A DNA stretch of 31,589 bases from a virus (taxonomy: Duplodnaviria; Heunggongvirae; Uroviricota; Caudoviricetes): IMG/VR virus record IMGVR_UViG_3300045988_127337, positions 1 through 31,589 of that record; one strand, written 5' to 3'. The notes under the pieces are model-generated. The model made no database searches. It was not told where the DNA came from and was given only the letters and a program-made list of their open reading frames with translations. The translations under genes were made by a program, and so were the position numbers. How positions within the stretch are numbered: the first letter of the stretch is position 1; every line of letters begins with the position of its first letter. Positions 24,238 through 31,589 of the stretch are shown here, in pieces.

Positions 24238-26137
24238 TAATTTTCAGCTGAAAGCCATCATCACCGCCGTTGACAGGCTGTCCGGCCCGCTTAAAGGTAT
24301 GCAGCGTCAGCTTAAGGGGTTTCAGAAAGAAGTCTCCAGCCTTGCTCTGGGCGCTGCCGGGGCGGGTACTGCAATAATGGGGGCACTGGCACTCCCTGTA
24401 AAATCAGCCATCACCCTTGAATCGAAGATGGCTGATGTCCGCAAAGTGGTGGACGGTCTGGATACGCCGGATGCGTTTAAGGCCATGACGGAGCAGGTAC
24501 GCGCTTTGTCTACTGAGCTTCCCATGTCTGCAGACGGGATCGCGGAAATTGTGGCGGCTGGCGGTCAGGCCGGGATTGCACGTGATGAACTGATGCAGTT
24601 TGCCACTGATGCGGTGAAGATGGGCGTGGCCTTTGATACCACGGCTGAAGAGTCCGGGCAGATGATGGCCCAGTGGCGTACTGCGTTTAATATGACGCAG
24701 GATGAAGTGGCCGGGCTGGCTGACAAAATCAACTACCTTGGTAATACCGGCCCGGCGAATGCGAAGAAAATCTCCGATATTGTTACGCGTATTGGTCCTT
24801 TAGGTGGTGTTGCAGGTGTGGCTTCCGGCGAAATCGCGGCAATGGGGGCAACCATTGCCGGGATGGGCGTGGAGTCAGAAATTGCCGCCACAGGGATCAA
24901 GAACTTCATGCTTTCCCTGACCGCGGGAAATTCCGCGACAAAATCGCAGAAACAGGCATTACGTTTTCTGCGGATCAATCCGAAGAAATTAGCTGCTGAT
25001 ATGCAGAAAGATGCCCGGGGAACCATGCTGTCTGTACTGGATGCGATGGCTAAAGTGCCCAAAGAAAAACAGGCAGCTGTGCTGAATGCCCTGTTCGGGA
25101 AAGAGTCTCTGGGCGCGATAGCACCTCTGCTGACTAACCTTGATTTGTTGCGTACCAACTTCAGGCGGGTTGCGGATTCCCAGCAGTATGGCAGTTCGAT
25201 GCAGAAGGAATATGCTTCGAGGGCAGCGACGACGGAAAACCAGCTTTTACTTCTGCAAAATCAAATTGATGCCATTTCTTCCACGCTGGGGGAAACGTTT
25301 CTTCCTGAGGTTAATGATGGTCTTGAAGCGGTAAAACCGCTCCTTGAGGAAGTGAGAACGTTTGTCCGTGAAAACCCGGAGCTCGTTAAGACCATTGCTA
25401 AAATCGGTCTGGCCTTACTGACGGTGGGAGCCGCTGCAGGCTCTTTGTCCAGAATTATGAAAGTTCTCGGCGGTGTGATGAATATGACGCCTGCTAAGGG
25501 GCTGATTGCTCTTCTGGTTGGTGGCGCTTACCTCATTATTGATAACTGGGAAACCGTAGGTCCTGTCATAAAAAAAGTCTGGCACGTGGTGGATGAAACG
25601 GCGCAGGCGATGGGGGGATGGGAAACTGTTCTGAAAGCGATTGCCCTGTTTATGGCAACCAAATGGGTTGCTGACGTTACCAAATCCATTACCGCAGTGA
25701 CCAGAGAGATGCGTACGCTGGGGAAGGTATCGGCAGAAACGGGATTGATGGGGAAAGGCCGCGGCTTTATCGGGAAGGCCGGGGTATATGGTTTTCTGGG
25801 AACCCTGATGTATGAGCCGGTTAAAGATACTCTGGAAAGTGTTGTTCCTGAAGATACGGTTAACTGGCTGGATAATAAAGGGCTGTTTCTGGCTTCAGAC
25901 TGGACGCCTTTTTTTGATCGTAAAGAGTACGAGCAGTATCAGGCCAGCCTGAGTCAGTACAAACCCAATGTTCCGCTGTTGAATCCATCTTCTTCCATGA
26001 CACAGCACAGCGAGCTGAAAGTCACGTTCGAGAATGCTCCGCCAGGTATGAAGATAATTGATGTACCGGGCAAAGCCGATCCCCTGATGAAAATCACGCA
26101 CGATGTGGGGTATTCCCCTTTTCGTTTTCCACGATAA
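24230..26137 (+). CDS. Tail tape measure protein
   Basis: 635 aa, Ala/Gly-rich with hydrophobic segments. GAGGAG ribosome-binding site. Position after the chaperone. Confidence 0.85.
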   Translation: MADNFQLKAIITAVDRLSGPLKGMQRQLKGFQKEVSSLALGAAGAGTAIMGALALPVKSAITLESKMADVRKVVDGLDTPDAFKAMTEQVRALSTELPMSADGIAEIVAAGGQAGIARDELMQFATDAVKMGVAFDTTAEESGQMMAQWRTAFNMTQDEVAGLADKINYLGNTGPANAKKISDIVTRIGPLGGVAGVASGEIAAMGATIAGMGVESEIAATGIKNFMLSLTAGNSATKSQKQALRFLRINPKKLAADMQKDARGTMLSVLDAMAKVPKEKQAAVLNALFGKESLGAIAPLLTNLDLLRTNFRRVADSQQYGSSMQKEYASRAATTENQLLLLQNQIDAISSTLGETFLPEVNDGLEAVKPLLEEVRTFVRENPELVKTIAKIGLALLTVGAAAGSLSRIMKVLGGVMNMTPAKGLIALLVGGAYLIIDNWETVGPVIKKVWHVVDETAQAMGGWETVLKAIALFMATKWVADVTKSITAVTREMRTLGKVSAETGLMGKGRGFIGKAGVYGFLGTLMYEPVKDTLESVVPEDTVNWLDNKGLFLASDWTPFFDRKEYEQYQASLSQYKPNVPLLNPSSSMTQHSELKVTFENAPPGMKIIDVPGKADPLMKITHDVGYSPFRFPR

Positions 26138-26161
26138 CGCAGTCCTTTTTGAGGTCAGTCT

Positions 26162-27538
26162 ATGGATTTATCCTCATTTCCCACCCGACCTTCATTACTT
26201 TCGTCGTCTTCAGGCTGGCGTGACAGACTTCAGGACGCGTCATTTCGCGGCGTGCCGTTTAAGGTTGAAGAAGAAAGTGCGGGAACCGGTCGCCGTGTGG
26301 AAACACATGAATACCCGAACCGCGACAAACCCTATACCGAAGACCTGGGGAAAATCACTTTTCGCCCGTCCATCACGGCTTATGTGGTGGGAGATGACTG
26401 CTTTGACCAGCGCGATCGCCTGATTGACGCGCTGAATAAACCCGGTCCCGGCACGCTTGTCCATCCGACATACGGTGAGCTGAAAGTCTGTGTTGACGGA
26501 GAAGTTCGGGTCAGCACATCGAAGAGTGAAGGGCGTATTGTCCGCTTTGACCTGAAGTTTGTCGAAGCGGGAGAACTCTCTTACCCCACTTCAGGTGCGG
26601 CGACGGCGCAGACGCTGATGTCATCCTGTTCTGCACTGGATGACTGCATCAGTGACAGCTTCAGAGGTTTCAGTATCGATGGCGTGGCGGATTTCGTGCA
26701 GAACGACGTCGTTGGTAATGTCAGCACAATGCTTGGGTATGTTTCTGATGCGATGAAAGTGGTGGATTCTGCCGTATCGGATGCTGCCAGGCTGTTGCAG
26801 GGGGATATCTCGGTACTTCTGCCGCCACCATCGTCAGGCAAAAATCTCGTTGAGCAGGTGCAGAAAATGTGGCGTACCGGGAAACGCCTTTATGGTAACG
26901 CCAGCGACCTGGTCACCATGATCAAAACGCTTTCCGGTGTCAGCCTCGGCAGCGATCTGCAACCGCGCGGCGTCTGGAAAACGGACAGTAAAACCACCGC
27001 CACGGCTACGCAGCAGCGTAATGTGGTTGCCAGCACCCTTCGTACGACCGCAATCAGTGAAGCGGCGTATGCCGTCACCCGATTGCCTGCGCCAACAACT
27101 TCCGCGGTGATGCAGAATTCCGCAGTGGGGCAGGCAACAACACCAGCGCAGAGCACTGGCTGGCCTTCCGTCACGCATCCGGCACTGAACAATGCACCGG
27201 CGGTGAAAAACACGGTTGACCTGCCAACGTGGGAAGAGCTGACTGACATTCGCGACACACTGAATACGGCAATTGATAAGGAGTTGTCCCGTACAACCAG
27301 TGATGCGCTGTTTCTGGCACTGCGCCGGGTGAAAGCAGATCTGAATGCGGATATCAACACGCGCCTTGAACAGTCTGCACGGATCATTCAGCGCACGCCG
27401 GATGAGGTCTTACCCGCGCTGGTGCTGGCGGCGACCTGGTTTGATAACGCGGCGCGTGACGCGGACATTATCCGGCGTAATGCCATTACGCATCCCGGCT
27501 TTGTGCCGGTGATCCCTCTGAAGGTGCCAGTGCAATGA
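26162..27538 (+). CDS. DNA circularization protein (Mu gpN-like)
   Basis: N-terminal motif ASFRGVPF...HEYP..D.PY.EDLG matches the recalled Mu N family signature. Confidence 0.75.
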   Translation: MDLSSFPTRPSLLSSSSGWRDRLQDASFRGVPFKVEEESAGTGRRVETHEYPNRDKPYTEDLGKITFRPSITAYVVGDDCFDQRDRLIDALNKPGPGTLVHPTYGELKVCVDGEVRVSTSKSEGRIVRFDLKFVEAGELSYPTSGAATAQTLMSSCSALDDCISDSFRGFSIDGVADFVQNDVVGNVSTMLGYVSDAMKVVDSAVSDAARLLQGDISVLLPPPSSGKNLVEQVQKMWRTGKRLYGNASDLVTMIKTLSGVSLGSDLQPRGVWKTDSKTTATATQQRNVVASTLRTTAISEAAYAVTRLPAPTTSAVMQNSAVGQATTPAQSTGWPSVTHPALNNAPAVKNTVDLPTWEELTDIRDTLNTAIDKELSRTTSDALFLALRRVKADLNADINTRLEQSARIIQRTPDEVLPALVLAATWFDNAARDADIIRRNAITHPGFVPVIPLKVPVQ

Positions 27539-28614
27539 ACGATAACGTCACGCTACGGGTAAATGGCCGGGAGTGGAATGGCTGGACATCGGTGCGCATC
27601 GGTGCCGGTATTGAACGGCTGGCGCGGGATTTCAGCGTGGAGATCACCCGCCAGTGGCCGGGAGATGAGGGTATCACCACGCTTCAGCCGCGCATTAAAA
27701 ATGGTTCAAAAGTGGAAGTGCTGATTGGTGATGAGCTGGTGATCACCGGCTGGGTGGAGGCGACCCCCGTTCGTTACGATGCCCGTTCGGTCAGCACCGG
27801 TATTGCCGGACGTAGTCTGACTGCTGACCTGATTGACTGTGCAGCCGAACCGACACAGTTTAACGGACGATCGCTGGTACAGATTGCGCAGGCGCTTGCT
27901 GCGCCTTTCGGCATTGAGGTGGTGAACAGCGATGCGCCGTCGGGTGTTATTCCGGATGTCCAGCCTGATCACGGTGAAACGGTGATCGAGGTGATCAACA
28001 AAATACTCGGTCAGCAGCAGGCGCTGGCTTATGACGACCCGCACGGCAGGCTGGTGATTGGTGGTATTGGCTCAACGCGGGCACATACCGCGCTGGTACT
28101 TGGGGAAAACATCCTTTCCTGTGATACGGAGAAGAGTATCCGGGAGCGGTTTTCAGTTTACCAGGTGGCGGGGCAGCGTGCCGGAAACGACGATGATTTC
28201 GGTGAGGCCACCACCACCGCGCTGCGGGCCCGCACAGAGGACGCATTTATTGCCCGTTACCGTCCGATGTATATCAGGCAGACAGGGCAGGCTACGGGGG
28301 CAGGCTGTATTGCCCGTGCGGACTTTGAAGCCCGACAACGGGCGGCGCGGACGGATGAAACCACCTATGTGGTGCAGGGCTGGCGACAGGGTAACGGTAC
28401 GCTGTGGCAGCCCAACCAGCGGGTGATTGTCTTTGATCCGGTCTGTGGTTTCGACAATACCGAACTGCTTGTTTCGGAAGTCACGTTTACTCAGGACCAG
28501 AACGGCACCCTGACGGAAATCCGTGTCGGCCCGCCTGATGCTTATCTGCCTGAACCCGAAGCCCCCGGCGCGCGGAAAAAGAAAAAAGCCAGAGTACAGG
28601 AGGACCCGTTCTGA
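27535..28614 (+). CDS. Baseplate hub protein (Mu gpP-like)
   Basis: 359 aa in the baseplate gene order. Confidence 0.7.
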   Translation: MNDNVTLRVNGREWNGWTSVRIGAGIERLARDFSVEITRQWPGDEGITTLQPRIKNGSKVEVLIGDELVITGWVEATPVRYDARSVSTGIAGRSLTADLIDCAAEPTQFNGRSLVQIAQALAAPFGIEVVNSDAPSGVIPDVQPDHGETVIEVINKILGQQQALAYDDPHGRLVIGGIGSTRAHTALVLGENILSCDTEKSIRERFSVYQVAGQRAGNDDDFGEATTTALRARTEDAFIARYRPMYIRQTGQATGAGCIARADFEARQRAARTDETTYVVQGWRQGNGTLWQPNQRVIVFDPVCGFDNTELLVSEVTFTQDQNGTLTEIRVGPPDAYLPEPEAPGARKKKKARVQEDPF

Positions 28615-29162
28615 TGAGGACGATTGAAGCCATGCAGCGACAACTCCTCGGCCTGATTGGGCGGGCCGTGGTGAAAAGCATCAGTGCCGCCACGAAATGT
28701 CAGACCGTGGATGTGTCCCTGATTGCCGGTGAACCCAAAGCCGGGGTTGAACATCTTGAACCCTACGGTTTTACCGCAAGGGCAAACAGCGGTGCGGAAG
28801 CGGTGGTGTTGTTTCCGGATGGAGACCGTTCTCATGCGGTGGTTGTTACGGTGTCGGACCGTCGCTACCGCCTGAAAGGGCTGCAGACTGGGGAGGTGGC
28901 TGTCTATGACGATCAGGGGCAGTCCGTGACGCTGACCCGGGAGGGGATCGTGGTGGACGGTGCAGGTAAAACGATCACGTTTCGCAATGCGCCTAAGGCA
29001 CGTTTTGAAATGGACCTGGAAGTGACAGGACAGGTGAAAGACCTGTGCGACTCCAGCGGCACCACCATGTCAGCGATGCGGCTTGCCTATAACGGGCATC
29101 GTCACAGAGAGAACGGTCAGGGCAGTAACACCGACAAACCTGATAAAGCGATGGAGGCATGA
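28614..29162 (+). CDS. Baseplate assembly protein V / spike (Mu gp45-like)
   Basis: 182 aa; position and size. Confidence 0.7.
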   Translation: MRTIEAMQRQLLGLIGRAVVKSISAATKCQTVDVSLIAGEPKAGVEHLEPYGFTARANSGAEAVVLFPDGDRSHAVVVTVSDRRYRLKGLQTGEVAVYDDQGQSVTLTREGIVVDGAGKTITFRNAPKARFEMDLEVTGQVKDLCDSSGTTMSAMRLAYNGHRHRENGQGSNTDKPDKAMEA

Positions 29163-29587
29163 TGGAACTGTGGCTGACGGTGAACGGTAAACGCACCTGC
29201 GCCAGCGCACCGCTGGATCCGCTGACCCGCGCCGTGGTGATTTCCCTGTTTACCTGGCGGCGGGCGGAGCCTGATGACAACGCCGGCGTCCCGATGGGAT
29301 GGTGGGGGGATACCTGGCCTGCGGTACAGAATGACCGTTACGGCTCCCGACTGTGGCTGCTTCAGCGCAGCAAACTGACCAATCAGCTGGTGCAGACGGT
29401 AAGGGGGTATATCCGCGAATGCCTGCAATGGATGATTGATGATGGCGTGGTGTCCCGTATTGATCTGGATATCCGCCGCACCGGGATTAATGAACTGGGT
29501 AACAGTATCACTCTCTGGCGTCGTGACGGACCGGTAATGATTTCTTTTGATGATCTGTGGAGTGCGATAACGCATGGCGGACAGTGA
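29159..29587 (+). CDS. Baseplate protein (Mu gp46 / GPW-like)
   Basis: 142 aa; position and size. Confidence 0.65.
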   Translation: MMELWLTVNGKRTCASAPLDPLTRAVVISLFTWRRAEPDDNAGVPMGWWGDTWPAVQNDRYGSRLWLLQRSKLTNQLVQTVRGYIRECLQWMIDDGVVSRIDLDIRRTGINELGNSITLWRRDGPVMISFDDLWSAITHGGQ

Positions 29588-30632
29588 ATTTCAGCGCCCG
29601 ACGCTGGCAGAAAATATCAGTATGCTCCGTAACGATTTATTCGCCTGGCTGGACATCAGCGACACGCTCCGGCGCATGGATGAAGACGTGCGGGCAAAGG
29701 TGTATGCGGCGGCGCTGCATACGGTTTACGGGTACATCGATTATCTGGCAATGAACATGCTGCCTGACTTGTGCGATGAGTCCTGGCTGGCGCGACATGC
29801 TGCGATGAAACGATGTCCGCGCAAGGGGGCCACGGCTGCCAGCGGGTATATGCGCTGGGAAGGTGTCAGCGATGGCCTGAAGGTGACCGCCGGGAGTGTT
29901 ATTCAGCGCGATGACCTGGTGCAGTACACGGCAACTGCCGATGCAACCAGCTCCGGTGGTGTCCTGCGCGTGCCGATCGCCTGCTCAAGTGCAGGCGCGG
30001 TCGGTAACGCTGACGACGGTACGTCATTAATCCTGGTCACGCCGGTGAATGGTCTGCCGTCTTCCGGCGTGGCAGATACACTGACAGGTGGATTTGATAC
30101 TGAAGAGCTGGAAACGTGGCGCGCCCGCGTCATTGAGCGGTATTACTGGACGCCTCAGGGCGGGGCTGACGGGGACTATGTCGTCTGGGCTAAAGAAGTT
30201 CCCGGCATTACCCGCGCATGGACATACCGACACTGGATGGGAACGGGGACTGTCGGTGTGATGATTGCCAGCAGCGACCTGATTAATCCCATTCCGGAAG
30301 AATCAACGGAAACGGCGGCAAGGCTGCATATCGAGCCACTGGCCCCGGTGGCAGGCTCTGATTTGTATGTGTTCAGGCCGGTGGCGCATACGGTGGATTT
30401 TCATATCCGTGTGACGCCGGATACACCAGAAATACGGGCTGCCATCACCGCCGAGTTGCGTTCGTTCCTGCTGCGTGATGGTTATCCGCAGGGAGAACTG
30501 AAGGTGTCGCGTATCAGTGAAGCGATTTCCGGTGCGAACGGGGAATACAGCCATCAGTTGCTTGCACCGGCAGACAATATCTCCATTGCAAAAAATGAAC
30601 TGGCGGTACTGGGGACGATTTCATGGACGTGA
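29574..30632 (+). CDS. Baseplate J-like protein (Mu gp47-like)
   Basis: 352 aa; position and size. Confidence 0.7.
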   Translation: MADSEFQRPTLAENISMLRNDLFAWLDISDTLRRMDEDVRAKVYAAALHTVYGYIDYLAMNMLPDLCDESWLARHAAMKRCPRKGATAASGYMRWEGVSDGLKVTAGSVIQRDDLVQYTATADATSSGGVLRVPIACSSAGAVGNADDGTSLILVTPVNGLPSSGVADTLTGGFDTEELETWRARVIERYYWTPQGGADGDYVVWAKEVPGITRAWTYRHWMGTGTVGVMIASSDLINPIPEESTETAARLHIEPLAPVAGSDLYVFRPVAHTVDFHIRVTPDTPEIRAAITAELRSFLLRDGYPQGELKVSRISEAISGANGEYSHQLLAPADNISIAKNELAVLGTISWT

Positions 30633-31207
30633 CAAACGATGATTACATCCGTCTGTTGTCGGCACTGTTGCCCCCCGGTCCGGCGTGGTCAGCCAGCGAT
30701 CCGGCGATTGCCGGTGCGGCACCGTCATTAACCCGCGTTCATCAGCGTGCGGATGCCCTGATGCGGGAGCTGGATCCGCGCACCACCACTGAACTGATAA
30801 ACCGCTGGGAGCGTCTGTGCGGTCTGCCGGATGAATGTATTCCGGCGGGAACGCAGACTCTTCGCCAGCGTCAGCAACGGCTGGATGCGAAGGTTAACCT
30901 GGCGGGCGGCATCAACGAGGATTTTTATCTTGCACAGCTTGCTGCCCTGGGCAGGCCAGATGCCACCATCACGCGATACGACAAAAGCACCTTCACCTGC
31001 TCATCGGCCTGTACTGACGCGGTGAATGCGCCGGAATGGCGGTATTACTGGCAGATCAACATGCCAGCCGCCACCAACACCACCTGGATGACATGTGGCG
31101 ATCCCTGTGATTCCGCGCTGCGTATATGGGGCGACACCGTTGTCGAGTGTGTGCTTAACAAACTCTGCCCGTCGCATACCTACGTAATTTTTAAATATCC
31201 GGAGTAA
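30623..31207 (+). CDS. Tail protein (Mu gp48 / DUF2313-like)
   Basis: 194 aa between baseplate J and the tail fibre gene. Confidence 0.65.
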   Translation: MDVTNDDYIRLLSALLPPGPAWSASDPAIAGAAPSLTRVHQRADALMRELDPRTTTELINRWERLCGLPDECIPAGTQTLRQRQQRLDAKVNLAGGINEDFYLAQLAALGRPDATITRYDKSTFTCSSACTDAVNAPEWRYYWQINMPAATNTTWMTCGDPCDSALRIWGDTVVECVLNKLCPSHTYVIFKYPE

Positions 31208-31210
31208 TCC

Positions 31211-31589
31211 ATGCATCGTATAGACACGAAAACCGCGCAGAAGGATAAGTTCGGCGCGGGTAAGAACGGTTTTACCCGTGGTAACCCCCAGACCGGCACA
31301 CCTGCCACCGATCTGGATGATGACTACTTTGATATGTTGCAGGAAGAACTCTGCAGCGTGGTGGAGGCATCCGGTGCCAGCCTGGAGAAGGAGAGGCACG
31401 ACCAGCTGCTTACTGCGCTTCGTGCGCTGCTGTTAAGCCGCAAGAATCCGTTTAGTGATATCAAATCGGATGGCACGGTGAAAACAGCTCTCGAAAACCT
31501 TGGTTTGGGAGAAGGTTCGGCATTACCCGTTGGCGTGCCTGTTCCATGGCCTTCAGCCACACCGCCAACAGGCTGGCTGAAATGCAACG
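31211..31589 (+). CDS. Tail fibre protein, N-terminal part (runs off the window end)
   Basis: ATG at 31211 with GGAG upstream. Open to the window end (126 codons). Motif [17 protein letters not shown] resembles a conserved side-tail-fibre motif. Not in the ORF track because no stop lies within the window. Confidence 0.65.
   Translation, partial: MHRIDTKTAQKDKFGAGKNGFTRGNPQTGTPATDLDDDYFDMLQEELCSVVEASGASLEKERHDQLLTALRALLLSRKNPFSDIKSDGTVKTALENLGLGEGSALPVGVPVPWPSATPPTGWLKCN

Noticed and set aside
1-31589. CRISPR arrays, tRNA genes, integrase and att sites
   Set aside because: No regularly spaced repeat-spacer array, no T-loop-like GGTTCGAATCC motif and no integrase-like ORF were seen. The prophage ends lie outside the window.

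Overview
This window is the interior of a mosaic temperate prophage of an enterobacterial host (no integrase, att site, tRNA or CRISPR array seen). Every call rests on reading the six-frame translations and the DNA by eye; no database search, fold prediction or GC computation was run. Layout, left to right: (1) early-left genes on the minus strand (YfdQ-like 214..1038, YfdP-like 1104..1466), a GC-rich structured non-coding block (1467..1934), and an AT-rich orphan gene pair (1935..2547). (2) An immunity region with a CI-type S24-peptidase repressor (2782..3456), its own terminator, a PL-like promoter with an rrn-type boxA, and a divergent operator region leading to a Cro-like gene (3547). (3) An early-right operon: CII/YdaT-like, an O-like replication initiator with iterons inside the gene, PerC-like, Dam methyltransferase, a LexA-DNA-binding-domain-only protein, RusA, KilA-N, DUF968 and antiterminator Q (9332..9718). 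(4) Between Q and the lysis cassette, an AT-rich, translationally coupled three-gene operon on the opposite strand (10755..11852, 10322..10744, 9694..10329), whose last gene carries a PD-(D/E)xK-like nuclease motif. This is the best candidate for an undescribed accessory or defence system. (5) A lysis cassette (holin, lambda-R-like endolysin, Rz/Rz1), an HNH endonuclease, terminase small and large subunits, an HK97-type head module, and a Mu-type contractile tail and baseplate module with a probable programmed -1 frameshift in the tail chaperone. The window ends inside a tail fibre gene. The overall architecture resembles SfV-like phages (lambdoid control, HK97 head, Mu tail).
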